Assembly: GCF_000143415.4 (NCBI RefSeq)
Contig: NW_003314351.1
Location: forward strand, 566,964 to 630,963
Direction of reading: 5' to 3'
DNA from: Selaginella moellendorffii
Lineage: Eukaryota > Plantae > Lycopodiophyta
DNA: 64,000 bases
Shown here: piece by piece, positions 48,943 through 61,458 of the stretch
How positions within the stretch are numbered: position 1 is the stretch's first letter
Layout of the letters: the number at the start of each line of letters is the position of its first letter
The notes under the pieces: generated by a model
What the model was told of the DNA's origin: nothing
The model's database searches: none
The model's input: the letters and a program-made list of their open reading frames with translations, nothing else
Translations under genes and position numbers: made by a program

Positions 48943-49168
48943 CCTTTCAGGTCCCTTTTTAGAGCCTCGCTTATGGCTCGCTTCGTGCTCATTCCTTGAG
49001 CACCTTGTTGGGAGTTCCACTCCCGCTCTCGACCTTTCAAGTCGGAGCTTTTAGTCCAAACGTATTACGCTCGTTTGGCTTTCACTTCGGCCACTACCAC
49101 GTGGCACCCTTCCGGCACCACTTTGGGGCCTAGGGATTTTGTGTCTCACACTAACATCGACATCCATA

Positions 49169-49363
49169 TGTAAGCAACCAAAGGGAATGATTCGAGAGAC
49201 GATCCATAGGGGTTCAAATATAGAGGGAAAGGGCCCATGAATAAGAGTGCACCCCCTTTTCCAAACGGTTAAGGGTCTTGGGATATTTGGGGTTAAGCGT
49301 CTTTGGGTGTGAATAGTACTGGGCTGGGTGACCTCCCGGGAAGTCCAAACTCATGAGCTTACA
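49169..49363 (+). mobile_element. Cassandra TRIM solo LTR with 5S rRNA-derived segment
   Basis: TGTAAGC...GCTTACA termini and TSD CCATA. 49292-49346 (GTTAAGCGTCTTTGGGTGTGAATAGTACTGGGCTGGGTGACCTCCCGGGAAGTCC) matches the box A-IE-box C region of plant 5S rRNA. Confidence 0.9.
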
Positions 49364-52300
49364 CCATAAAATGCAAAGTGAACATCCAAAGCTTGATCAC
49401 GAAGACCACATTTTCGTTGCACTAACACTTCCTTTCAACCACCTTCAAGATCCAATGTGAAACCAAAACACTAATAAAAAAAATAACATGGAAAATCAAG
49501 CTTTAAAGAAAATTCCTCATCACTCGAACAACAATGCCACTTCCACTAACACAAGTGCTAGCAATGTCAATGCTTCAACTACACACTTTCTCTGTCCAAA
49601 AATCTACTCCAAGTGCTAATGGCTAAACCAAAAGTTGTAGCAAGTGAATGCTATAACTTTTTCTCCAACACCCCAATGGGCAAACTCCCTAGGAAACAAT
49701 AGACCAACTTAAGCTTAGCATAATGGACCACCATCGAGAATCCAGTTAAAGCTACTATAATACTACTACGTGCAAGTAGACTAAGTTCACCATCAACCAC
49801 TTTGGGGTTGATCATCGTTTAACCAAGCAACTTCGTAAACACATTGCTCATTATCACATGGATATGATATAAGAAATCACAATGAATTGATCATCAATTG
49901 AACAACACCACGAGCGACACTAATGTTATTACTTCAAAGGTTTATGTAAGTATCAAGTGTCAACTCAATTACTAAACACCACTAAGTTTTGTTCACAATA
50001 TGGACAAGCTCATGCCACTCTCTATCCGACCAAACTTAACACTAATCCAACACCAAGCTACTCAAGGAGCAATAGCAAAGTTCTCCAGAAAAGAATTGAG
50101 CATTGCAACCCAAGTCTTCCAATAGCAAGTCTAGACAAAATGGTTTAATGCTTCACCTCTATCCATCCCACAATTCACTATTTGTAAGACATCATCTTCA
50201 AGATGCATCAAGGTAGGGACTCTTGATTGCATAATATGAAAACGAGCAATGAGTTAACACCTCGTTGTAAAAAATCTCTCCAAAAAGGGAAGAATATTTT
50301 ACGTGTTTGATCCTTCGTCCCCGACAACTCTCTTTTCGGTCTCATCTTTGACTAAACCTCAAGCTTGCTTTTGCACTGCCTTCAGTCCAATCTTAGAAAG
50401 GTTTACAAGAGAGCACGGCAATGACTACTTGAACCAATAGACTAATCCCTACAGTCTTAATTGATCCACTCATAATCATGCCTAGGAAGGATCTACTAGT
50501 GCTGTGCTAAGCAACTATAGACCAGCTTATTTGCCACTCATAGCAAACCCAAAGAAGGTTTGCTTTAACTCATGGTACATGGAACAACTCATGGAACCAC
50601 CGATAGGCTAACATTAATCTTGCCAACTCAAAGTGTAACCTCGACTTGCTAATGTGCCTCACTTACAAGCCCAAGTGAAAACTCATATAAAATGGTACAC
50701 CTCAAATCCATCCTATGAACCCAAGAGCAAGCTCATACAATATGGGACAAAAAGGTAACAAAAACCATACCCAAGGAACAATTGTGAAGCCTTTGTACCT
50801 AAACGTATATCCACTCAGATCATCGTTTTCATCTCTGTGTATGCAACAAGACTAGTTGCCCAATCTCATTGGATAGTATCGCTAAGACTCATCCTCTGAT
50901 ACCAAATGTAGCACACGTGGTTTTTACCCTTTATCCTATGGTGGTTTACCATAGGATAACACTATGAAGCGGAACCTAAACCCTCTTTATGCCATGTGAC
51001 ACATGTCACGTGTCATATACCTTGGAACTTGGAACAGTCCTAGAGTAATCAGCATCCCAATGTCAGGACCAGCACACAAAACAGAGCCAAATGCAGTTTG
51101 GCGCTATTTCGGCATACCGGTGGCCTAACGCAAGGACATGGGTACTCCACCAGCTAGCATGGAATGGAACTTGGGCTTAAACCCAAGCCCAACGCAGAAC
51201 AAGGACAGGCAAGCAAGCAGGAGTTAAATTATACCTCAGGTTGGTCGGCCATGCCCAACCTACCCACTATCCCTACTATACATTTGGAACCCCCCACAGC
51301 CCCCCCCCCCCCTGAGGAACACACGCTTTGGGCTTTCACCCCAAGCCTCCCTTAGTATCAGGAGTTAGTCTATGGGACAAGCTCGAAACTTACTAAATAT
51401 AAAATGGCTCTAAATTGCGAATTTGGACACGAGACGAACACCATTGTGTTCAGGCCGATCTCTACATTCCGTAGATATGCCAAATGAGAAAATCTGGATA
51501 CTTTCCATAAATAGCATTTGGGACCAAAATGAGACTAACACAAGAGGCATGATAGTGAGGGTGTTTGGCAAACACGGTAAACTATCATCCAGCGATATTG
51601 AGGGACCAATCTCAATACGTGAGGGTTCTTGTCAAGCTAGTGCAAGACAGAACAAAAGAGAACTAAGAGCCAGGCCGAGTATGCTCAGCTAGAAACACAT
51701 AGGAGTTCCTACCTTATGTCCATCTGGCCAAGTACAGGTGCTAAGCCCAGTTTACTAACACTTGAACAAGAGGGGCTGATAAAGGAAACTAGCAATATTG
51801 ACCTTCTACCATCATGGCAGTAAGGTAAGAGTGTCCGTAAGGACTAGCCGACAGGTAACTTTCGATACCCGAAGTCAAATTCGCGACACCTGAGTGCATT
51901 CATCTCTTGATGCCAGATCTCTACCATGAGGATATCTTGTTGGAGGATAAGTTCTTCTAAGGTGTAGGTACTGAGCTTCAAATTGAAGTCCCAACTCAGT
52001 CCAACTCAGTTCTCCTACGTTGGATAGGCATGGCATGTACTCCTGTACATCAGCTACACTTTTGCCAGACCTGGTCTTTGGTCAGGAGGCCACCGATTTC
52101 ACTGGAGATTGCATCTCCAAATCCTTCGACCTGTTTGTGAGATCTGAGAGGCATCTGTGGGTGAACTTGTGGCTGAGGGATCCCACAATACTTCTGTCTT
52201 TGGTGTTCCCTCGATCCAATGGTAATCCAATGTCCCTTATGGCATTTGCTCTCCCTTCCTGCTTGTCAAAACTCTTGTGCACTTGGAGTACATCCCTTCT

Positions 52301-52455
52301 CCCCTGTCCTGGTATGAGCGGTATTGGTGATGACATCTATCCCTCTCTATGCTCAGTGGTGGGTGGTTGCACACTCCCCTACTTGTCATCCTTTCCTGTG
52401 TGCTCTCTTGCTCGGCTTGACTTAGCTCTCTCTCGCTGGTGTCCCACCTGCTTGT

Positions 52456-53208
52456 TGTGAGACACAAAATCCCTAGACCCCAAAGTGGAGCCGGAAGGGC
52501 GCCACATGGTAGTGGCCGAAGCGAGAGCCAAACGAGCGTAACACGTTTGGACCAAAAGCTCCGACTTGAAAAGTCAAGAGCGGGAGTGGAACTCCCAACG
52601 AAGTGCTCGAGGAACGAGCACGAAGCGAGCAAAAGGCGAGGCTCCAAAAAGGGACCCAAAAGGACCAACACATGACACGTGGGAGTGTCCGAGATGGACT
52701 CGAGTTGGAATCCGAAGTGGAGTCCGAGATGGACCCGAGTTGGAGTCCGAAGTGGAGTCCGAGATGGACCCGAGTTGGAGTCCGAAGTGGAGTCCGAGAT
52801 GGACCCGAGTTGGAGTCCGAAGTGGAGTCCGAGATGGACCCGAGATGGAGTCCGAGATGGAGTCCAAAGTGGAGTCCGAGGTGAACCCGAGTTGGAGTCC
52901 GAAGTGGAGTCCAAGATGGACCCGAGATGGAGTCCGAGATGGAGTCCGAAGTGGAGTCCGAGGTGGACCCGAGATGGACCCGAGTTGGAGTCCGAAGTGG
53001 AGTCCGAGATGGACCCGAGATGGAGTCCGAGATGGAGTCCGAGATGGAGTCCGAGGTGGACCCGAGATGGACCCGAAATGGAGTCCGAGATGGAGTCCGA
53101 GATGGACCCGAGATGGAGTTCGAGATGGAGTCCGAGATGGACCCGAGATGGACCCGAGATGGAGTCTGAGATGGAGTCCGAGATGGAGTCCGAGATGGAG
53201 TCCGAAGT

Positions 53209-53242
<34 letters not shown>

Positions 53243-54316
53243 CCCGAGCCCGAGCCCGAGCCCGAGTCCGAGTCCGAATCCGAGTCCAAGTCCGAGTCCG
53301 AGTCCGAGTCCGGAGCCTGAGAGGGTGAAAGCCCAAAGCGTTCGTCTCCCAGACCCTGGGGGGTTTGGTGAGATCCAAAAGTATAGTAGGGGGAGGACTG
53401 CAGTGGAGCCAGTTTGGCCAGGAAAGGCCAGTTTGGCCCAGGAAGGCTGGACCCAGTGTTGGGTGATGAGCTGCCCACTGGGAAGTCCAAGACTAGAGTG
53501 AACACGTACCGACAAGCGGGGTAGCTTGGTGAAGTGTTCAAGAGCCGGCTCTAGTTCCCCCGGGAGATCGACTGGCCGATGCTCCCAGTCCAAGTGTGGG
53601 TGGCACTACCTACTTGGATACCTGTCGTGGCTCAACGGAACCTCGCTCTAAGCCCATGGCTAGAGCACCTAAAGGCGGAAGGTGGGGAGAGTACCCATGA
53701 GGCTTGCGTAAGGCCACGGTGTTCTGAAATGGTGTCCCAAAGTCCCAGACTGTGGAAAGGAAGAGGGGTAGCCCTCCGGTGTGGTGACCAAGGACACAGT
53801 CACACAGTGAGGAAGTCCTAGAGGATAGTGGGACTTAGTGGTCGGGGTGGTGGGCCTCGATCCAGTGGCAGTGTTGGCGAACACAGCCAAGGCCAGAAAG
53901 GGACTTGGTGGGGACCGGAACAGAGATATTGGGGAAGGCTATTCCCCATGTCTGTAGGCATCCTAAGGATGTTAAGGAGTGGATCTGGGATGACCACTCA
54001 TGGATGGATGACCCAGTCTTTGAGAGACGGGATTGGAATGTAGGTGGTGTTGGACCACTAGTGTGACCAAGGTAAATGGGCATGGCCTTAGCGTAACGGG
54101 CCGATATGTCGATGGTACCTTGGGGTGTCGATCATGGGATCGGACACGTGGAGCACTTGGACCAAGTGCTAAGGTTGAGTGGCATGGATGCCATTCTCGG
54201 GGCTAGCAAGCCCCAAGTCCTGAGTTGGGCTTATGGAGGTTGTGAATGAGACTCCTCCAAGTGGTCGGAGGTGTGGTTAAGTGACTAAAGTAGAATGGAA
54301 AAATTAGTTGCTTACA
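52456..54316 (+). mobile_element. Family-A solo LTR (1861 bp, opposite orientation)
   Basis: TGTGAGACAC...GCTTACA termini, TSD CTTGT, tandem array at 52688-53312. Confidence 0.92.
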
Positions 54317-54549
54317 CTTGTGTGGTGTTGTTGTCCTTGACCTTTTGCCACCACTCGTCACCCAATTCATTGCTGCTGCTGCTGCCCTAGATTCCAGGTC
54401 CCCTATATGACTCATCAAACTATGTCCCCCAACAGCTAATGGTTTTCTACCATGCCATTTTCCACCAGGACCACTAAACTAAGACCCGAGTTTTGTTCTA
54501 GCTCACCTAGCCTTGTGGACCTTCTCATAGCATCCTCCTATAACCATAC

Positions 54550-56022
54550 TGTAAGCGACTAAATTTTCCATTCTACTTTAGTCACTTAACCACACCTCCG
54601 ACCACTTGAAAGAGTTTCACTCACAACCTCCATAAGTTCTATTTTGGACTTAGAGACTTGCTAGCCCCAAGAATGGCATCCATGCCACTCAACCATTGCA
54701 CTTGGTCCAAGTGCTCCACATGTCTGATCCCATGACTAACACCCCAAGGTACCACTGATATATCAGCCCGTTACGCTAAGGCCATGCCCATTCACCTTGG
54801 TCACACCAGTGGTCTGACACCACCTACATCAGACTCCCGTCTCTCAAAGACTGGGCCATCCGTCCATGAGTGATCATCCCAGACCCACTCCTTAGCATCC
54901 ATAGGATGCCTATAGACATGAGGAATAGCTTTCCTCAATATCCCTTTTCTGGTCCCCACCAAGTCCCTTTCTGCCCATGGCCGTGTTCGCCAACACTGCC
55001 ACTAGATCGAGGCCTACAGGCCTGACCACTAAGTCCCACGATTCTCTGGGACTTCCTCACCACACGACTGTATCCTTGGTCACTACACCAGAGGACTACT
55101 CCTTTTCCTTTCCACATTCTGGGCCTTTGGGACAACACTTTGGAACACTGTGGCCCTACGCGAGCCTCATGGGTACTCTCCCTGTCTTCCACCTTTGGGT
55201 GCTCTAGCCATGGGTTTAGAGTGAGGTTCCATTGAGCCATGCCAGGTATCTAAGTAGGTAGTGCCACCCACACTTGGACTTGGAGCATCGACCATTCGAT
55301 CTCTCGGGGGAACTAGAGCCGGCTTTTGAACACTTCACCAAGCTACCCCGCTTGTCGATCCGTATTCACTTTAGCTTTGGACTTCCCAGTGGTTATCCCA
55401 TCACCCAACACCTGGGTACAGCCTTCCTGGGACAAACTGGCCTTTCCTGGCCAAACTGGCTCCACTGGAGTCCTCCCCCTACTATACTTTTGGAGCTCAA
55501 CAAACCCCCTAGGGTCTGGGACACGAACGCTTTGGGCTTTCACCCCCTCAGACTCGAACTCGGACTTGGACTCAGACTTGGGCTCGGGCTCGGTCTCGGC
55601 CTCGGCCTTGGTCTCGGTCTCAGTCTCGATCCCGGTCTTGGTCTCGATCTCGACTTCAGACTCCATTTCGGGTCCTTCTTGGACTCCATCTCGGATTCCA
55701 TCTCGGACTCCATCTCGAACTCCATCTCGGGTCCATCTCGGACTCCATCTCGGGTCCATCTCGGATTCTATCTTAGGTCCATCTTGGACTCCATCTCGAA
55801 TTCCATCTCAGGTCCTCTTGTGTCCCTCTTCTAGAGACTCACTTATTGCTTGCTTTATGCTTATTCCCTGAGCACTTCGTTGGGAGTTCCACTCCCGCTC
55901 TCGACCTTTCAAGTCGAAGCTTTTAGTCCAAACATGTTACGTTCGTTTGTCTTTCGCTTTGGCCTCTACCACGTGGCACCCTTTCGGCTCCACTTTGGGG
56001 CCTAGGGATTTTGTGTCTCACA
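54550..56022 (-). mobile_element. Family-A solo LTR (1473 bp)
   Basis: TGTAAGCG...GTCTCACA termini, TSD CATAC. Confidence 0.92.
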
Positions 56023-56549
56023 CATACCTTCTTGGCCAGCACTCCCAAGCTTCTTGTCCAACTGGGGCTCAGCCTTCCTTCTACTTTGTCCTTTTGCACT
56101 TCCATTTGAGTTGAGTCCTTAGTGGATTGCCAATCCTCCCTGGTCTGGTTCAATCCCAAGCCTCCATCTACCACAGCTCTATTGGCCTTGCAATGTCCCT
56201 CTGGCCGAGACAAGTTGGCTAGGGTACACCCAATGACCTCTTGTGATTCCTTTGTCTTGGGCATGCTGGTTGCTTCCATCCTCTTTAGGATCTTGAGAGT
56301 CTCCTCTGCTCAGATTAATGTCTCCTTTGTCCCTCTCTAGACTTTCTCCTTGAGATCTTCTAGCACTTGTGCCTTATACTCCTCACTGTCTGACTCGTGG
56401 GACTGCTCCAACTTTTGAACTTCTTTGCTGGATGAATTGTTGTTGTGTGCTGTGTTATTTGTACCAGGCTCTATATTATTTGGGCAGCTAAGAGGTTGCT
56501 ACTTTGTGCCCATTGGGGTTTTGTGGCTTGCTGCTTGCCCTTTGATCCG

Positions 56550-58570
56550 AACCTAACCTCTGTATATGCATTTATAGACGGCATCACCTAGGATGTTTGG
56601 CATGACTCCCTATGCTAATCCACCAAACTTATAACTATGCTAATTAGCTTCTTCTTTATATGCGTTCTATGGATTATAGCTTAAGAAGTTAGTTCCTTTG
56701 AGCTTCCAAGTCCTCCCACTTGACAAGCTAGTTGATTGGCCTGTGATCATGTATGGACTCCTTCATGCTTAGCCCTTTTTCAAGTCAACACCTTCAACTA
56801 TAGTCTTTATTCCTTTGACTTGCCAATCCCACTTAGCAAATCACCCAGCTAGTGTAATATGGTTCTATGTATAAATATAAAAGTCCTCAAATATCAATTG
56901 AACATGCAAAAGTTATTTTCCCAATTTTGATAGCCTCACCTTATGGCAAGCTTTTGTTGTGCTACTCCAATTTTATGCATTCCTATGAACCATTTACAAT
57001 TATCTTTCTAGGTACCAACTTATCTAGATTTATCATTGGAACATTAAAAAAGGTTCTATCCCTTAACTTGCTAAGGCCTCTCTTTTCACAAGCTTCCTAC
57101 TTATCATTCGATCTAATATAGATAGTTCCATATTTTAGACTTTTGATGGTACTATGTATATAAATAGCAAAACACTCAAGAACCCTCTTGATTTCCTACT
57201 CCTAACTTGCATAACTATCTTAGGTTATATTTTTTGATTCCTATGGTTCACTTCTATCCCTTTATTACTTAATTCTGGCTCTATACATTTTTTTTGCTTA
57301 GTCTCCTTCATACTATGAGGGTAATATTACAATTTCTACTGATACTATAGGAAGTATTTTTATAAAGATATATTCATAGAGTGGTTCTTCAATTTGAATA
57401 TGCTCAACTTATAATCTCACACATCATGATTAATGTTGCTACTTATGGGCCCTATATACCCATTGTTAGCCATGCTAAACTCCCTTTAGCTTTAACTTTG
57501 GACAAATAAAGTTTATTTGTCTCTAGCTTTCCTCAACTTTGGACTTTAGATGTTTTAAGATGTTTATATGTCTCAATGATGTACTTGTTCAATGAGTTTT
57601 CCTTTTATGACAGTTATTATATTGCAACATAAGAAACTTATCCTTTAAAGGATATATCTAACCTCATCCTTATCCCAACAAGAAGCCTCAAGAAGTTAAC
57701 TTCCACTATTCCATTAAATTATATCAAACTTTTATTTAGTTGTTATATCCTACTTATTGCTAGTGCTTTCACACCTCCATCAATATTTTGTTAAAACACT
57801 TGAATCTTATACCTTTTATATTAGGCTATGCCAATCCTATTTTTATTGGTCCTTTGGTAAGAGGTTTCCTAAACCAACCACCTTGATCTACTCAAGGCAT
57901 CTTCTAATGAAATATTTGGTGTCTCATATGAGCCTATCTTTACAACACATTTCACTTATGTTTATATCTTTTTTCAAGAACATATTTTACCTTTTTCTAT
58001 GGTAACTAATGGTTAGCCTTTCACCATAGTGTTTAAACACAACTCTTCTCAAAAGTCTTTTTCTTCCTTAAACAGCTTTTCATGAGTTCAAAGTGGCCCT
58101 CTTGGCCATTAATGAGATACTCATTGTTCCCATTCTTAAATCTTAGAATTGTTTCAATCCTTGGGTAGAACACATCTCAGTCCAAAACGTGCTTCATCTA
58201 TATCCTTAGGACTATCCCTTAACTCCCCTAAGTCACTCAAATGTTAGACTTGCTAGTCCTATGACCTATAAGGTTGTAGTCGCATGGCTATTCTTGAGAT
58301 GCTACCTCAATTAAATATATCTTTTTATATTCACATCCTATCCATAAGAACCATTCTCTAACACTTAAGTATCCCCTTTTGTTCCATGTGGGCTACTTTG
58401 CACTTTAGAACTATTTTTTCACAATATAAGAACATCAACTCATTCTTCAAGTACACCCCTAACTCCTTGGGTTATTCCAGCATTCATTATAGGTAGCGTA
58501 AGCTACCATTTCAAGTCTCAAATTTATGAACACCATACTCTACTTCATGAGGTTAATCCTATAACTCCTT
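56550..58570 (-). mobile_element. Highly degenerate family-A internal fragment
   Basis: AT-shifted homology to 44420-46620. Confidence 0.65.
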
Positions 58571-58635
58571 ATGTTAGCCTATTAGTGGTTACTATGTTAT
58601 TGTGGTAAAAATTGAACCTCCCATAGGTTCACATT

Positions 58636-59310
58636 AATCATCTCTCTTTTGAGAGATGATTTATATTGAGGTGTGATCTCATTGTTCATATTCACATCAT
58701 ACAATCATACAATTAAGAGTCCCTACTTTGATGCGTATTGGTTGTAGTGGTCTTATGAGTGGTGTGTTGTAGAGTGGATAACTATAAAGAAGTAAACCAT
58801 TTTGCTTAGGCTTGTCATTGGAAAGCTTGGGTTACAATGCTAAATTCTTTACAAGGGAACTTTATTGTTGTTTGAATAGTTTTGTGTTGGATTAGTTTTG
58901 AGTTTGATTTAAAAAAGGGTGGCATAAGTTTGTCTGTGTTATGAATAAAACTGGTGATGTTAGGTGTTATAAATCTTTATTAGTGGGGTGTAGCATTTAT
59001 GTTATATTTTGCCATAGAGTTGGCACTTGGTAGTGATATGCTTGCTTGTGATATTGTTCAAGTCATTGTGATTCTTATATTATATCCTTATGATTGTGAG
59101 CAATGTGTTTGCAAAGTTTCTTGTTCAAATGATGATCAACCCCAAAGTAATTGATAGTAATGCTAGTCTACTTGCAAAATAGTATCATTGTAAAAGCTTT
59201 GAGTGGGTTCTTAAGAGATGATCCATTATGCTAAGCTGATGTTGATGCCTTATTTCCTATTAAGTTTGCCCATTAAGTGTTAGAAAAGGTTGTAACATTC
59301 ATATGCTATA
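58636..59310 (+). mobile_element. Degenerate family-B internal fragment
   Basis: Homologous to ~36896-37600. Confidence 0.7.
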
Positions 59311-59348
59311 TTCCTGCAGTGAAACTGGCTTTTAAATAAGGATCATGA

Positions 59349-61458
59349 CATATACCATGTTGTGGCTTCACACCTGCACACCTCCTTTTCATCTTCTTAA
59401 CAGGTAGAGTGTCTTGATGCTAATCATTGAAATATAATGCTTTCAGCAGTTCTGTATTGTGTTTGCACAGTAATAACAATGTCAAAGAACATAAAAGGGA
59501 AAATTGCCTTAATTTCTTTGTGGAGACCACTAATTACTTCATTCACTATACACTGCTACTCTTCTAGGGTCAAAACACTAGAGTTTCATCCAGATCCTTA
59601 TTCCTCAAGCCAAGAGAAAATTGAGCTTTTTTCTTCACTGCTAGCTAAGCCTTGAGTGCTGCTTGAGCATCAGCATCTTTAAAACTCACCATGGACATGA
59701 GTACACCAGGATGAGAGCAGCACATGGGACCTTGGATTGTAATAGCTGTTGTTGCAGCCTCTCATGATATGCCACCAGTCCTCCAATCAAGCTGACAAGA
59801 TCAAACTCTTGCCATGTTCTCTTGCTTAGTGGAGCTTACCAAGAGCAAGCAAGTGAAGATCATCGAGTCTGTCTGTGATGATTCTCTCATTCGAGAGTGT
59901 TGGCTATTTAATCTATCTGGCCATCTGCAAGCAGTGAAAACTTACCTCAAGATGAGGATACTCAAGAGGAAGACATGGCTGAGAAGGTGACTGCTCTTCA
60001 TGTACAATGGGAGAAGATTTATCAAGGTTGTGGAGGCTGCCGGCTCCTTCTTGACAAGTGTACATCATTTGTATTCACTTATCACATTCTGCAGTCACAG
60101 GATCTGTGATCTTCCCCTTACTCACAAGACATTACCAATATGACAGACCTGTCTCTCCAAGACTAGGCCATCCATTCCAATCCTATAACCACTCCTTACC
60201 ATCCTTAGAGCAGTGTTACCTGTGGGGGGCCCTGGGAAAATTCCTGGTCCTCCCATGTTATATGTGGCTCTTTTAGGCAATTAGGGCCCAGAATCTGTTT
60301 GTTTGACCTAGGAGCGCCTCAGGCCCCGATTCTGGGCCCAGGATCCTCCAGATCAGCCCGAGAGGAGCCCTGGCCAAACCTAAATAAAATTTTAGGTTTG
60401 GCAGGAAATGAGGTGGTGCTACAGCCAACATGCCCAAGAAAATTCATGGGAGATGGAATCACTGCACCAGCCCTCAAGAGGACAATCAGGTAGATCACCA
60501 GTCCAGATCACAAAGCACCCACCGCAACATCAAAGGTATAATTACAAGCTACAAACCAAGTAAAAGCTAGAAAATTTTGTGTTTGTATTCATGATGGATT
60601 TCTAAGAAAAGTTTGCATATATAGCCTCAGTTTCAGTTCAAAATTCTCATTTGTTTGCAAGTTAGAGTCTTGGGGATGCTATGGTGAGCTAAAATCTTCA
60701 TTTCATTCAAGCTAAAAAAATTTTTTTTAGGAAACTCAAATGGACTTGGAACTCATGCAAACTCTAGAGGTAAGTGTTTAAGAAATTAGATTGTGCTTCT
60801 AGAAACATATCTAGTGTAGTCTATGCAGAAATCACTTGCTTAACAAAGTGTTCCACCACCAGGACTTCTCTAAGTCCACAAGATTTATCTAATGTGAGTT
60901 TTTCAAGTTTATGTTTTACTGTTTGCAATCCAATTGGCTTTGGTTCTTTCCTCATCCATAGTTACATTTCAACAGCAAGGAATATATAGGCTGCCTCAAC
61001 ACCTCTACTTTCAAGCTCTCAAATCTAGGCTGGTACATATTAAGTGACAAATGCATCACTCGGAATTTGGATCACAAGGAGCTCTATAATAAAATAGATC
61101 AACACATTCTAAAGAGTAGAATTGCAAATCCAAGATTTGCTGCTTCCAATAAGCACAATACAAACAATGAGCACCAATACCATAGTTTTGTCTCCCAAGG
61201 ACTACGCCATTTGTCCTTGAGTGGTCATCTCATAACCACACCTTAGCATCCTTGGGATGCTCGAAGACATAGGGAACACCCTTCCTTAATATATCTTCTT
61301 CAGTACCCACCAAATCCCTCTTCATCCATGGTAATGCTTGCTAACATCGCCAACCGGTCAGAACCTGAAGGCCCAACCACTAAGTCCTATCGACCTCAAG
61401 GGACTTCCTCACTATGTGACCATATCTTTAGTCACTACACAAGAGGACTGCTCCTCTT
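59349..61458 (+). repeat. Segmental duplicate, copy 2 (pairs with 19719-21819)
   Basis: Near-identical to copy 1 up to the transposon insertion point. Confidence 0.95.

Larger units (their letters stand above)
34734..49150 (-). mobile_element. Full-length family-A LTR element (non-coding internal region 43315-46962)
   Basis: LTRs at 34734-43314 (interrupted by a gap and B2) and 46963-49150. PBS CTCCGATACCA at ~46949-46959. 5-bp TSD CTAAC on both sides. Confidence 0.88.
29976..51888 (-). mobile_element. Family-B LTR element B1 (outer), inflated by nested insertions
   Basis: 3' LTR at 29976-31120 with adjacent PPT complement. 5' LTR at 50907-51888 with adjacent PBS CTCTGATACCA. 5-bp TSD CCTGA on both sides. 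LINE ORF1 resumes after it. Confidence 0.88.
51889..56545 (-). pseudogene. 5' part of LINE ORF1 in three pieces (51889-52455, 54317-54549, 56023-~56545)
   Basis: Purine-rich minus-strand coding-like sequence that continues from 29975 across the CCTGA TSD. It is split by two solo LTRs with TSDs. Confidence 0.6.

Noticed and set aside
49292-49346. 5S rRNA gene (also ~28122-28175)
   Set aside because: Only the internal ~55 nt match, and they lie within TG...CA LTRs with TSDs, so these are Cassandra elements.
53312-53352. Hammerhead ribozyme (retrozyme-like) in family-A LTR: CTGAGA-GGGTGAAAGCCC-AAAG
   Set aside because: It lacks the canonical CUGANGA and GAAA core after stem II, and CTGA is not conserved in family B.
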